NCBI GenBank assembly: GCA_048497935.1
Contig: JBEHYY010000005.1
Span: 46,118 to 110,117, forward strand
Direction of reading: 5' to 3'
Length of the DNA: 64,000 nucleotides
Origin: Verrucomicrobiota bacterium
GTDB lineage: Bacteria > Verrucomicrobiota > Verrucomicrobiia > Opitutales > JABDGR01
Below the pieces are notes generated by a model. The model saw only the letters and a list, made by a program, of their open reading frames with translations. It made no database searches and was not told the origin of the DNA. How positions within the stretch are numbered: position 1 is the first letter of the stretch; every line of letters starts with the position of its first letter. A program made the position numbers and the translations under genes. Positions 1 to 10,251 of this stretch are shown piece by piece.

Positions 1-19
1 CCATGTCTGGGTTTCCGCG

Positions 20-1318
20 TTGGGCTGGTGGACCATCCTTTCCTTTCTCGAGTTGCACGGCCTGGCGGCTTCCTTCATCCGCACCATGCTGCTGGACCGG
101 GGCATCACCCACCTGCGCCGCCGCCTTCTCATCCTCACGGCGCTGGTGGTTACGCTCGGTAGTGTGTACTACTGGAGCAGGAGCGAATGGCCGCCGTTCC
201 CCTCCGGCGGCAAGCTGGAAGGTATGCTCGACTGGCTCAAGCACGTGCTTTCCCTCGGGGCGGCGCCGTATGTTTTGTATCCCTTCCGGGCGGTGGTCGG
301 GCCGTATTTTGCCGCCGATGCCTTGGGCTTTTTATATGCCTGGGTTCCGGCACTCGTCATTCTCGGCAGCCTTTATTATTTGGTCATCCGCGCCAACGTG
401 GCCTTCGAGGAAGCCTCCGTTGAAGCCTCGCAACAATTGGCCGCCACTGTCGCCACCGCGCAGGCACGCCGGGCCGGCGCGGTGGTTGCGCCGGCCAAAG
501 CCAAGCGCGCGCCCTTCAATCTCAAACCCCTGGGCCTGCCCGCCGTGGCCTTCCTCTGGAAGAACCTAATCCTGGCGGGCAATTTTTTCAGCCTTCGGAA
601 TTTCTGGCGGGCAGCTCTCGTGCTCGTGGTTTGGGGGATTATTTTCCGGCCCACGACGGCTGGGGGCGTCATCACCGTCACCGGTTTTGCCGGGGCGTTT
701 TGTATTATTATCCTATTCCTCAGCCTCTTGGTGGGACCCATGCTGCTGCGCGCCGACTTCCGCTCTGACCTGAACATGGCTGAGCAACTGCTCTCCTACC
801 CGTTGCCCGGCTGGCAGATTGTACTGGGCGAAATCCTGACGCCCGTGGCCATCCTCACGGCTTTCCAATGGCTGCTCATCCTTTGTTCAGCGCTATTCAC
901 CCCCAATCCGCATGGGGACATACTCTCGTTAAGTCACCGGGTGTGCCTGGCCGCCACGGCCGCAATTCTGGCCCCGGCAGTGAATGCCGTCATGCTCCTC
1001 ATTCCCAATGCCGTGGCTATTCTATTCCCCAGCTGGGTTCGCTTCGACAAAAACGCCCCCCGGGGCTTTGAAAATCTCGGCCAAAATTTCATTATCGCCA
1101 TCGGGGTGCTCTTTATTATGGCCGTAGCCATCCTCCCAGCGGTAGGTTGCTTCTTTATAACGTTTTTATTAATAGGTTTATTGCTGAAAAACTTCTTGGC
1201 TATTTTTGCGGCTGGTGTAGTGGCTTCCGCCGTCCTTTTTGGGGAATCCTACCTCGCTATAAGACTGTTGGGCAAATCTTTAGAGAAATTCGACCTTACC
1301 AGTGAAATCACCAACTAA
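20..1318 (+). CDS. Multi-pass integral membrane protein, probably 5'-truncated by the window edge (possibly an ABC-exporter-type permease family; family uncertain)
   Basis: 432-codon ORF. The first listed codon is TTG and the frame stays open back to base 2, so the true start may lie upstream. Many long hydrophobic segments. No catalytic motif recognised. Confidence 0.6.
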   Translation: MGWWTILSFLELHGLAASFIRTMLLDRGITHLRRRLLILTALVVTLGSVYYWSRSEWPPFPSGGKLEGMLDWLKHVLSLGAAPYVLYPFRAVVGPYFAADALGFLYAWVPALVILGSLYYLVIRANVAFEEASVEASQQLAATVATAQARRAGAVVAPAKAKRAPFNLKPLGLPAVAFLWKNLILAGNFFSLRNFWRAALVLVVWGIIFRPTTAGGVITVTGFAGAFCIIILFLSLLVGPMLLRADFRSDLNMAEQLLSYPLPGWQIVLGEILTPVAILTAFQWLLILCSALFTPNPHGDILSLSHRVCLAATAAILAPAVNAVMLLIPNAVAILFPSWVRFDKNAPRGFENLGQNFIIAIGVLFIMAVAILPAVGCFFITFLLIGLLLKNFLAIFAAGVVASAVLFGESYLAIRLLGKSLEKFDLTSEITN

Positions 1319-1340
1319 CCTATCTAAAATAGCGTTATTT

Positions 1341-1490
1341 TTAGCCGCGCAGATCCAACCAGGCCATGAGGGCGAATTGGACGGCGATAAAAGCCAGTAA
1401 AACCCAGTACGCAGCCTCCTGGAAGCGATCCCGCCGCAAGGGACGCTCGCGCAGCGCAGTCGATGCCTTATGAGGAATGCCTCCAGCCAT
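1341..1490 (-). CDS. Candidate 49-aa tail-anchored small membrane protein (below the ORF-track size cutoff)
   Basis: Hand translation from ATG at 1490..1488 gives MAGGIPHKASTALRERPLRRDRFQEAAYWVLLAFIAVQFALMAWLDLRG, ending at TAA 1343..1341. Basic N-terminus plus one C-terminal hydrophobic helix. No clear RBS and no homolog recalled. Confidence 0.25.
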   Translation of the reverse strand: MAGGIPHKASTALRERPLRRDRFQEAAYWVLLAFIAVQFALMAWLDLRG

Positions 1491-1768
1491 AATAAAGTCT
1501 CAAGTAATACAAGCACCCCGCCAGCGCAAGCCTTGCGCATTGATACTTTGGCTGATGCTTGCCGGAGGCAGGCTATTAGAGGCGTTAAAATGTCCGCTTT
1601 AGATAAGGTCTCCTAATCGTAACCGAAAGCCCTCCATAAATTTGCCTCGGTCTGAGAAAATCCGGTTGACGCTCCACCGGGCTTCAGGCCATCGTGTCCA
1701 TTCCCCCGTTTTTAGGTCTGTTACCGCAGGTCTGAAAGCAATCAACTTTCCCGCTGCTTGTTGCCCAT

Positions 1769-2671
1769 ATGATCCTGCGCCTTACACGCTGGAATAAACT
1801 TCCGTTGCTCGCCTCCGCGCTCTGGTTGACCGCCATTACGCCGGCGTTTGGCGCGGAAGCCGGCGTCAATCCCAAGGCTGAGGAAGTCTTTAACATTGCC
1901 GGCCTGCCGGTGACCAACTCAATGGTCACCACCTGGTTTTTCTCGATTATCTTCATTCTCGTCATCCGGTGGGTCGCCGGGCGGCCCAAGCTCATTCCCT
2001 CCCGCGGCCAGGCCGTGGTGGAGGCGGCCATCACGGGCCTGCGCGATATTTTTGAGCTCATCGTCGGCAAGAAGATGATCGACAAGGTGTTTCCGCTGCT
2101 CATCAGCTTCTTCTTCTTCATCCTGGTGATGAATTGGAGCGGCCTGCTCCCCGGCGCCGGCACCATCGGCCTCGGGCATGATGCGGAGGGTTTTCATACC
2201 ATCTTCCGCCCGGCGGACTCGGACCTTAACACCACCCTGGCGCTGACGATTGTCTCGTTCACGGCGTGGCTGTACTTCGTGCTCCGCTATGCGGGCGTCG
2301 GCGTGCTGCTGAAGGACATCTTTGGCAACAAGGCCAGCAAGAAGGATGTGCATATCGCGCTCTATCTCGCGCTCTCGCCGATCTTCTTCCTCGTCGGCTT
2401 CATCGAGGTCATCTCCATCCTCTCGCGCCTGCTCTCCCTTTCCTTCCGTCTGTACGGCAATGTCTTCGGCGGTGAAAGCCTGCTGGATGCGATGTACAAC
2501 ATCTGCCCCTTCCTGCTGCCCATGCCGTTCTACTTCATGGAGCTGCTCGTCGGTGTCGTCCAGGCCTTTGTGTTCTGTGTGCTGACGGCCGTGTATATCG
2601 GCCTCATCTGCAATCACGAAGGCGGCGACCACGACCATGCCGAGGAAGGCCACGGCGAAGCCGCCCACTAA
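1769..2671 (+). CDS. atpB: F0F1 ATP synthase subunit a
   Basis: 300 aa, multi-pass. Contains the conserved stator-arginine region LSLSFRLYGNVFGGE. First gene of the atpBEFHAGDC order. Confidence 0.93.
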   Translation: MILRLTRWNKLPLLASALWLTAITPAFGAEAGVNPKAEEVFNIAGLPVTNSMVTTWFFSIIFILVIRWVAGRPKLIPSRGQAVVEAAITGLRDIFELIVGKKMIDKVFPLLISFFFFILVMNWSGLLPGAGTIGLGHDAEGFHTIFRPADSDLNTTLALTIVSFTAWLYFVLRYAGVGVLLKDIFGNKASKKDVHIALYLALSPIFFLVGFIEVISILSRLLSLSFRLYGNVFGGESLLDAMYNICPFLLPMPFYFMELLVGVVQAFVFCVLTAVYIGLICNHEGGDHDHAEEGHGEAAH

Positions 2672-2740
2672 CCCTCCACCCTTTTGCCGACCGGGACCAT
2701 GCACCGCGTGGACGGAAGGCGCGCAACAAAACCTACCACC

Positions 2741-3007
2741 ATGATCAACGAAATCGTCCACATCACGAGCCACGTCGTCCCGACGCTGCTCGCCCAGGCT
2801 GCGCCCGAAGTGGCCAGCCCCTTCCTGCCGTTCCGCGGTGGTCTCGCCTGCTTGGGCGCGGCCATTGGCGTAGGCCTCGTCGGCTTCAAGGCCGCTGAAG
2901 CCGTCGGCCGCAATCCTGCCGCCTTCGGCAAGATCCTCGTCATCGGCATTCTCGGCATGGCGTTTGCCGAAGCCGTGGCCTTCTACGGCCTGTACCTGGG
3001 TAAATAA
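2741..3007 (+). CDS. atpE: F0F1 ATP synthase subunit c
   Basis: Hairpin of two TM helices: GLACLGAAIGVGLVGFKAAEAVGRNPAA ... ILGMAFAEAVAFYGLYLGK, with the carboxylate E in helix 2. The ORF is open from 2684; the ATG at 2741 was chosen and the start is uncertain. Confidence 0.9.
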   Translation: MINEIVHITSHVVPTLLAQAAPEVASPFLPFRGGLACLGAAIGVGLVGFKAAEAVGRNPAAFGKILVIGILGMAFAEAVAFYGLYLGK

Positions 3008-3115
3008 CCCATTCCCCGGCCTTTGCCCGCCGGCCCGCGCTCTTCTGGGGCGCGGCCGGCGGCAAGGAGCTGAGACCTTCCGCCATCTTTTTCCCCGCCT
3101 CTTTTCCCGCCTCCC

Positions 3116-3697
3116 ATGCACCACGAATTTCTCCCCCTGTTCACCGCTGCGGTTGAAGCCGCTCCCGCTGCCACCTCCGGCGGCCTGGAAGCCGTCCAAC
3201 AGGTCCTTGGGCCCTTCGGCGTGAAGCCCCTCTTCCTGGCCGCGCAGATCGTCAATTTCGGTCTCGTCGCCGCCGTCGTTTATTACTTTGCCATCCGCCC
3301 CGTCATCGCGACGGTCGACACCCGCAACAAGGAAATCGCCGCGGGCCTCAAGTATGCCGAGGACATGAAGAAGAGCCTCGCCGACACACAGACACAGCAG
3401 GCCGAGATTCTCAAGCAGGCCTCCCTCGAGGGCAAAAAGGTCATCGCCGAAGCCCGCGACACCGCCAAGGCCCTCGTCGAAAAAGCCTCGCAGGACGCCA
3501 CCAAGAGCGCGGAAGACATCATCAAGAAGGGCCAGGCCGCCGTCGCCCTCGAGCGCCAACAGATGCTTAACGACCTGCGCCGCGAAGTGGCCCAGCTCGT
3601 CATCGCCACCAGCCAGCGCGTCCTCGGCCGCGACTTGACCGCCGACGAAAAGACCCGCTTCAACACCTCGGCTGCCGCCGACCTAAGCAAGAACTAA
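3116..3697 (+). CDS. atpF: F0F1 ATP synthase subunit b
   Basis: 193 aa. One N-terminal TM helix (LFLAAQIVNFGLVAAVVYYF) followed by a long charged A/K/E-rich helix. Correct operon position. Confidence 0.88.
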   Translation: MHHEFLPLFTAAVEAAPAATSGGLEAVQQVLGPFGVKPLFLAAQIVNFGLVAAVVYYFAIRPVIATVDTRNKEIAAGLKYAEDMKKSLADTQTQQAEILKQASLEGKKVIAEARDTAKALVEKASQDATKSAEDIIKKGQAAVALERQQMLNDLRREVAQLVIATSQRVLGRDLTADEKTRFNTSAAADLSKN

Positions 3698-3698
3698 G

Positions 3699-4097
3699 AT
3701 GCTTCTCGACCGCCAGCAAAAGGACTTTGCCAAGAAACTGGCCCGGATGTCGCTCGACGCCGGTGGCCAGATCGACACTGCGCGCGTGGCCGCCGTGCTC
3801 GCCTCCCTGGGCGGGCAGAAGCCCCGTGTGCGCCGCGGCATCCTGAAGGCCTATCTCCATTACATGGAGATTGAGGATCGCCGCAGCCGCGTGCTCATCG
3901 AGCATGCCGGCAACGTGGGCCCCGCCGAGCTGGAAGCCCTGCGCGCCCGCCTCTCCAAAAAGTATGGCCGGGCCCTGCGCCTCGAAACCCGCGAGAACCC
4001 CGCCCTCCTCGCCGGCCTGCGCGCTTCCGTGGCCGACGATATCTACGAGTCCTCCGTCTCCAGCCGCCTCGCCAACCTCCAGAACAATTTCGCCTAA
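3699..4097 (+). CDS. atpH: F0F1 ATP synthase subunit delta (OSCP family), unusually short
   Basis: 132 aa, starting 1 nt after the atpF stop. The C-terminal part matches the OSCP pattern (LAGLRASVADDIYESSVSSRLANL). Sits between atpF and atpA. Confidence 0.8.
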   Translation: MLLDRQQKDFAKKLARMSLDAGGQIDTARVAAVLASLGGQKPRVRRGILKAYLHYMEIEDRRSRVLIEHAGNVGPAELEALRARLSKKYGRALRLETRENPALLAGLRASVADDIYESSVSSRLANLQNNFA

Positions 4098-4142
4098 TCT
4101 TCCCCCCACACCCTCAACTCGCAACCTAGAATTTTTACAGCC

Positions 4143-5708
4143 ATGCCCTCCGTACTCGAACAAATCCAGCAGGAAATCGCCAAGCTCGAAACCGGCTCCA
4201 CGCAACGCAACGTGGGCCGCATCGTCACCCTCGCGGACGGTGTCGCGAAACTCGACGGCCTCTCCGCCGTCATGTACAACGAAATGATCGAGTTCCCGGG
4301 CGGCGTCTTCGGCATCGCCCTCAACTTGGAAGAAGACGAAGTCGGCGCGATCATTCTCGGCGACTACTCGCACCTGAAGGAAGGCGACGAGGGCAAGACC
4401 ACCAACCGCCTGCTCTCCGTGCCCGTCGGCAAGGGTCTCCTCGGCCGCGTGGTGGACGCCATCGGCCGCCCCGTGGATGGCAAGGGCCCCATCGCCTCCA
4501 CCGAGACGTATCCGGTTGAAAAAATCGCGCCCGGCATCATTTCCCGCCAGTCCGTCGATCAGCCCCTGCAGACGGGTATCATGGCCGTTGACTCGATGAT
4601 CCCCATCGGCCGTGGCCAGCGCGAGCTCATCATCGGCGACCGCGCCACCGGCAAGACCGCCATCGCCATCGACACCATCATCAACCAGGCACGCATCAAC
4701 AAGGCCGGCGCCGCCAGCGGCGACCCGAAGTTCCGCCCGGTCTATTGCATCTACGTTGCCATCGGCCAGAAGAACTCGAACATCGCCCGCACGGTCAAGG
4801 CCCTCGAAGGCGCCAATGCGATGGACTCCACCATCATCGTCGCCGCCCCCTCCGCCGACAATCCGGCCAATCAATACCTCGCCCCCTACTCCTGCTGCGC
4901 GATGGGCGAATGGTTCATGGAAAACGGCATGGACGCCCTCATCATCTATGATGACCTTTCCAAGCACGCCGTGGCCTACCGCCAGATCTCCCTGGTGCTG
5001 AAGCGCCCCTCCGGCCGCGAAGCTTATCCCGGTGACGTGTTCTACCTCCACTCCCGCCTCCTCGAGCGCTCGGCCCGCATCAATGCCAAGGCCGTCGAGG
5101 CCTTCTCGGGCGGCAAGGTGAAGGGCACCACGGGCTCACTGACGGCCCTGCCCATCATTGAGACGCAGGCCGGTGACGTGTCCGCCTACATTCCGACGAA
5201 CGTCATCTCCATCACGGACGGCCAGATCTTCCTCGAAACGGACTTGTTCAACCAGGGCATCCGCCCCGCCATCTCGGTGGGCTTGTCGGTGTCCCGCGTC
5301 GGTTCGGCCGCGCAGATCAAGGCATTCAAGCAGGTTGCCGGTCGCGTGAAGCTCGAGCTCGCCCAGTATCGCGAACTCGCCGCCTTCGCCCAATTCGGCT
5401 CCGACCTCGACGCCAAGACGAAGCAGCAGCTGGAGCGCGGCGCCCGCGTGGTGGAGCTCTTCAAGCAGCTCGCCCTCGCGCCCAAGCGCACGGAAGTCCA
5501 GGTCGTCCTGCTCTGGGCCGTCCAGAACGCCGTGTTCGACCCCATCCCGCGCGAAAAGATCGTCGCGGCCTCGGCCTCCTTCGAGGAGTACCTCACCACC
5601 CGCAAGGACGCCCTCCTCAAGAAGATCGTCGCCGAAGGCAAGCTGTCGGACGCCCTGACCGCCGAGGTCAAGTCCGCCTGCGAAGACTGGGCGCGCACGT
5701 TCTCCTGA
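4143..5708 (+). CDS. atpA: F0F1 ATP synthase subunit alpha
   Basis: 521 aa. Walker [19 protein letters not shown], and conserved blocks [45 protein letters not shown]. Confidence 0.97.
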   Translation: MPSVLEQIQQEIAKLETGSTQRNVGRIVTLADGVAKLDGLSAVMYNEMIEFPGGVFGIALNLEEDEVGAIILGDYSHLKEGDEGKTTNRLLSVPVGKGLLGRVVDAIGRPVDGKGPIASTETYPVEKIAPGIISRQSVDQPLQTGIMAVDSMIPIGRGQRELIIGDRATGKTAIAIDTIINQARINKAGAASGDPKFRPVYCIYVAIGQKNSNIARTVKALEGANAMDSTIIVAAPSADNPANQYLAPYSCCAMGEWFMENGMDALIIYDDLSKHAVAYRQISLVLKRPSGREAYPGDVFYLHSRLLERSARINAKAVEAFSGGKVKGTTGSLTALPIIETQAGDVSAYIPTNVISITDGQIFLETDLFNQGIRPAISVGLSVSRVGSAAQIKAFKQVAGRVKLELAQYRELAAFAQFGSDLDAKTKQQLERGARVVELFKQLALAPKRTEVQVVLLWAVQNAVFDPIPREKIVAASASFEEYLTTRKDALLKKIVAEGKLSDALTAEVKSACEDWARTFS

Positions 5709-5785
5709 AATTAAGAATCAAACGGGCAGCCCGCCCCGGGTTTCCCTCCTTTTTTAATTTCTCCTTTTTTAATTCCTAATTTCCC

Positions 5786-6673
5786 ATGAAGGGTATTCGC
5801 GAGATCCGCCGCCGCATCAAGGCGGTCAAGAACACCGCCCAGATCACCAAGGCGATGCAGCTCGTGGCGTCGTCCAAGATGAAACGCGCCCAGGACGCCG
5901 CGCTGGCCAGCCGGCCGTATGCCCTGCTTCTCGCGCAAATCCTGGAGTCCGCCCTGCCCCGCATGCATGAGACGGAGCACGCGTTCTTCACCACGCGCCC
6001 CGTCAAAAAGCGCGGCATCCTCGTCATCTCGACGGACAAGGGCCTCTGCGGCGCCCTCAATGGCAACACCTTCCGCCTCATCGCCGACATCAAGCGCGAC
6101 GAAGCCGCCTACGTCTGCGTGGGCCGCAAGGGCGCGCAGTTCATCGCCCGCACGGGCCGCGAACTCCTGGCGGACTTTGTGGTCAGCGATAAAGTGGGCT
6201 ACAATGAAGTGCGCCCCGTCATCGAGTTCCTCAGCCAGGCCTACCTCGACGGCAAGATCGACACCATTGAGGTTCTCTACCCCCACTTCGTCAACACGCT
6301 GCGGCAGGATCCGGCGCTCGACGCGCTGGTGCCTTTCCAATCCTTCGAAAAGGAGCTGGAGAAGCTCAATAGCCGTCTCGGTGTGCAGGCTGGCGACAAG
6401 ATCGCCGACGAGCGCGAATTCCTGTTCGAGCCCTCGGTGAACGAGATTCTCAACCAGCTGCCCCCGCTCTTCCTGAAGCAGCAGATCTACACGATGATCC
6501 TCGCCGCCAAGGCCAGCGAGCATTCCGCCCGCATGGTCGCCATGAAGAGCGCCACGGACAACGCCAAGCAGCTCGTCTCCGACCTTTCCCTGGAGTACAA
6601 CAAAGCCCGCCAGGCCGGCATCACCCAGGAAATTCTCGAAATCGCGGCCGCCTCGGCGGCCAGCGGCAACTAA
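5786..6673 (+). CDS. atpG: F0F1 ATP synthase subunit gamma
   Basis: 295 aa. N-terminal IRRRIKAVKNTAQITKAMQLVASSKM and C-terminal LEYNKARQAGITQEILEI signatures. Confidence 0.95.
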   Translation: MKGIREIRRRIKAVKNTAQITKAMQLVASSKMKRAQDAALASRPYALLLAQILESALPRMHETEHAFFTTRPVKKRGILVISTDKGLCGALNGNTFRLIADIKRDEAAYVCVGRKGAQFIARTGRELLADFVVSDKVGYNEVRPVIEFLSQAYLDGKIDTIEVLYPHFVNTLRQDPALDALVPFQSFEKELEKLNSRLGVQAGDKIADEREFLFEPSVNEILNQLPPLFLKQQIYTMILAAKASEHSARMVAMKSATDNAKQLVSDLSLEYNKARQAGITQEILEIAAASAASGN

Positions 6674-8119
<1,446 letters not shown>

Positions 8120-8153
8120 GCCGTTTCCGGAAACTCCTTAAGCCGACTCCGCC

Positions 8154-8609
8154 ATGCCTCTCACCCTCGAAATCGTCACCCCGGAACGCCGGGTCTATCG
8201 TGGCACCGCCGAATCGGTGCTCATTCCGACGCTCGCGGGCGAGATCGGCATCCTGCCGGGCCACGTCCCGCTGATGGGCCAGGTGGTCGCGGGAGAGCTG
8301 CGTTTGACGAATCCTGGGCCCAATACGGCCTTGGCTGCTTCCCACCCGGATGCCTCCCAGCCCGGCCCGACAGCCGTGGCCGTGGACAACGGCTTTGTGC
8401 GCATCCAAGGTGACGTGGTCTCCGTCCTGACGGAAGCCGCCATGGATGAGCGCAAGATTGACCTCCAGGCAGCGGCAGATGCCCAAGCCCGCGCCGAAAA
8501 GGCCCTGGCCGAAGCCCGCGAGAAGAACCTCGACCCGGGCGAGATAGAGCAGCTCGAAGCCATCGCCCGCTTTGCCATCGTCCAGCAGTTGATCAAGAAG
8601 AAGCACTAG
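8154..8609 (+). CDS. atpC: F0F1 ATP synthase subunit epsilon
   Basis: 151 aa, last gene of the operon. N-terminal beta-sandwich pattern (LEIVTPERRVY ... IPTLAGEIGILPGHVPL) and C-terminal helical hairpin. Carries a ~20-aa P/A-rich insert (NPGPNTALAASHPDASQPGPT). Confidence 0.9.
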   Translation: MPLTLEIVTPERRVYRGTAESVLIPTLAGEIGILPGHVPLMGQVVAGELRLTNPGPNTALAASHPDASQPGPTAVAVDNGFVRIQGDVVSVLTEAAMDERKIDLQAAADAQARAEKALAEAREKNLDPGEIEQLEAIARFAIVQQLIKKKH

Positions 8610-8635
8610 CTGGGACGGGAAGCGGTAGGCAACGG

Positions 8636-9058
8636 TCAGCCTTGGCCGGTGGTGACCATCCAATGGATGCCGAATTTGTCGGTAACCATTCCGAAGCATG
8701 GCGACCAGAAGGTCTTGCCCAATGGCATGATGACCTTGCCGCCTTTGCCCAGCGCCGTGTAGGCGCGTTTTGCCGCGGGCGCGCTGGAGAAGGTCAACGA
8801 CAGCGAGAAACCATCGTACTTCTGCCCCTTTTCACAGCCGTCCGAACACATGATGAGGCTCTGGCCCACGGTGAAGGCGGCGTGCATGACCTTCTTTTCG
8901 AAGCCCTTGGGCAGGCGCCCCGGGGGCGGCGGCTCCGGGCACTCCGTGTAGCGCATGAGCATTGTCACTTTGGCGCCCATGGCCTTTTGGTAGAACTTGA
9001 GGGCCTCTTCGCAGCGGCCTCCGAAAAAGAGATAGGGTTCGATAATGGTTTTTTTCAT
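8636..9058 (-). CDS. PhnB/VOC (glyoxalase-fold) family protein
   Basis: 140 aa. YLFFGGRCEEALKFYQKAMGA ... MHAAFTVG ... FWSPCFGMVTDKFGIHWMV is typical of the PhnB-like / 3-demethylubiquinone methyltransferase-like VOC family. Confidence 0.8.
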   Translation of the reverse strand: MKKTIIEPYLFFGGRCEEALKFYQKAMGAKVTMLMRYTECPEPPPPGRLPKGFEKKVMHAAFTVGQSLIMCSDGCEKGQKYDGFSLSLTFSSAPAAKRAYTALGKGGKVIMPLGKTFWSPCFGMVTDKFGIHWMVTTGQG

Positions 9059-9186
9059 GAGCGTATTCCGCGTGGGCAGGTTGGTGGGTTTTTAAACAAC
9101 GTTCCCTCACCCATCGCCCAAGTTTCCCGGCAAGTCAATGCTCTTGCGTGCCCAGGGGCGGATTGGGTTAAGATACCCCACCTTTC

Positions 9187-9259
9187 GGGCTCGTAGCTCA
9201 ATGGTTAGAGCAGAGGACTCATAATCCTTTGGTTCCCGGTTCAAGTCCGGGCGGGCCCA
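9187..9259 (+). tRNA. tRNA-Met (anticodon CAT); could alternatively be a lysidine-modified tRNA-Ile2
   Basis: Hand-folded 73-nt cloverleaf:
- Acceptor stem gggctcg/cgggccc, with one G-U pair.
- D stem gctc/gagc.
- Anticodon stem gagga/tcctt with loop cTCATAa.
- T arm cccgg-ttcaagt-ccggg.
- Discriminator A; CCA not encoded. Confidence 0.9.
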
Positions 9260-9260
9260 C
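9219..9260 (+). repeat. Direct repeat, left copy (3' half of tRNA-Met; att-like)
   Basis: tcataatcctttggttcccggttcaagtccgggcgggcccac, 42/42 identical to 10083..10124. Confidence 0.92.
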
Positions 9261-9354
9261 TTTATTCAAGCTATTGGTGTTAAGTGGGAACTATGACTGT
9301 TACCGCCACCGGCTTTTGCGCCCTCCAATCCTGACTGTGCCACTTTTCGGCTCC

Positions 9355-9924
9355 TCAATGCGAGTCTAATGGCGCAAATTTCGTCCAAGCAGGCCCATCA
9401 CCGATGGACTCCTGCTTGATCACGTAAGCTCTACCGGAATCGGTCAGGCCCAATAATCCATTCGCACCCAAACCAACGATACCATCCCGCATCAAGCTGA
9501 CCATACCAGAGAGATACTCACGATAATGAGGATCGTATGCTGGAACTAAGAATCCCCATCTTGATAGATCCACCGCATGATTTACCTTCGCAAGATAGAA
9601 TGTCCGTATAATCCGCTGTTCGGCTGGCTTCAATTCGCCGAACCTCTTTGACACAATGCCCTCCTCAATATGCGGCTGAATAATGTTAACTGGGCCGTCT
9701 TTTGGGCCGAATTCAAGAGGGCCTACCTTGATGACGTTATAGGCGCGTAAAATTGGAAGTAAAAATGGCGAAATGAAGATTACCAACAAAGCTATTGCTG
9801 ACGATGACAAGCCGCCTTGCGTAAGGACTTCACGAAATAAAAGAACGCCAGGCACGACCATGACCATTATAATACATAAAAGCACACGATTATTAGGTAA
9901 ACCGTCTTCGTCGAAGTCGCTCAT
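9355..9924 (-). CDS. Hypothetical membrane-anchored protein: two N-terminal TM helices plus a ~120-aa soluble C-terminal domain; cargo of the mini-insertion
   Basis: ATG at 9924..9922 (MSDFDEDGLPNN...). The longer track ORF (to 10086) runs into the att-like repeat and is unlikely. TM helices are VLLCIIMVMVVPGVLLF and AIALLVIFISPFLLPIL. No family recognised. Confidence 0.6.
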   Translation of the reverse strand: MSDFDEDGLPNNRVLLCIIMVMVVPGVLLFREVLTQGGLSSSAIALLVIFISPFLLPILRAYNVIKVGPLEFGPKDGPVNIIQPHIEEGIVSKRFGELKPAEQRIIRTFYLAKVNHAVDLSRWGFLVPAYDPHYREYLSGMVSLMRDGIVGLGANGLLGLTDSGRAYVIKQESIGDGPAWTKFAPLDSH

Positions 9925-10082
9925 CTTGCATACAGTTTCCACGGAATGATACCGCCTGTCAATAATGGCCCTTAAAAGTTTGAGGGGCTGTTGCCGCCAG
10001 ACTACCTTGACCAATCTGCAACATATACAAATGGAAGGGGGCGATCCTGCTTCCCTGCGATTGAACAAACACCGAAAGGCAA

Positions 10083-10124
10083 TCATAATCCTTTGGTTCC
10101 CGGTTCAAGTCCGGGCGGGCCCAC
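10083..10124 (+). repeat. Direct repeat, right copy (orphan tRNA 3' half; att-like)
   Basis: Exact 42-bp copy of 9219..9260. No acceptor 5' strand or D arm lies upstream of it, so it is not a second tRNA gene. Confidence 0.92.
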
Positions 10125-10251
10125 CCATTTCAAAACTGGGTGCGAAAATGGGAAATCCGGCACTGTGCCAGTAATCACCGGCACGCCATGCTGCCCTGAA
10201 GAAATAGCCGCACTTCCGGGAGAACTTTCCCGGCAGGCTGATTCGCCTCCG

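Larger units (their letters stand above)
9219..10124 (+). mobile_element. Miniature tRNA-targeted insertion or genomic-island remnant (no integrase)
   Basis: 822 bp of visibly lower-GC DNA (9261..10082) bracketed by the exact 42-bp tRNA 3'-half duplication. The intact tRNA is on the left and the partial copy on the right, which is the classic footprint of tRNA-site integration. Only one ORF lies inside. Confidence 0.55.

Noticed and set aside
1280-1540. 86-aa minus-strand ORF
   Set aside because: It overlaps the stop region of the upstream membrane-protein gene and has a Cys/Arg/Trp-rich composition. The shorter 49-aa frame is more protein-like, though that too is weak.
9081-9103. Sequence resembling the 18-bp palindrome upstream of the VOC gene (minus strand TGTTTAAAAACCCACCAA)
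   Set aside because: Aligning it requires a 2-3-nt insertion in the right arm. That is too degenerate to count as a site without statistical support.
8642-9196. 184-aa plus-strand ORF
   Set aside because: It is antisense to the well-supported PhnB/VOC gene, and its 3' end runs into the tRNA gene.
10083-10124. Second tRNA gene?
   Set aside because: Only the 3' 42 nt are present. The upstream sequence cannot form the acceptor 5' strand, the D arm or the anticodon stem.
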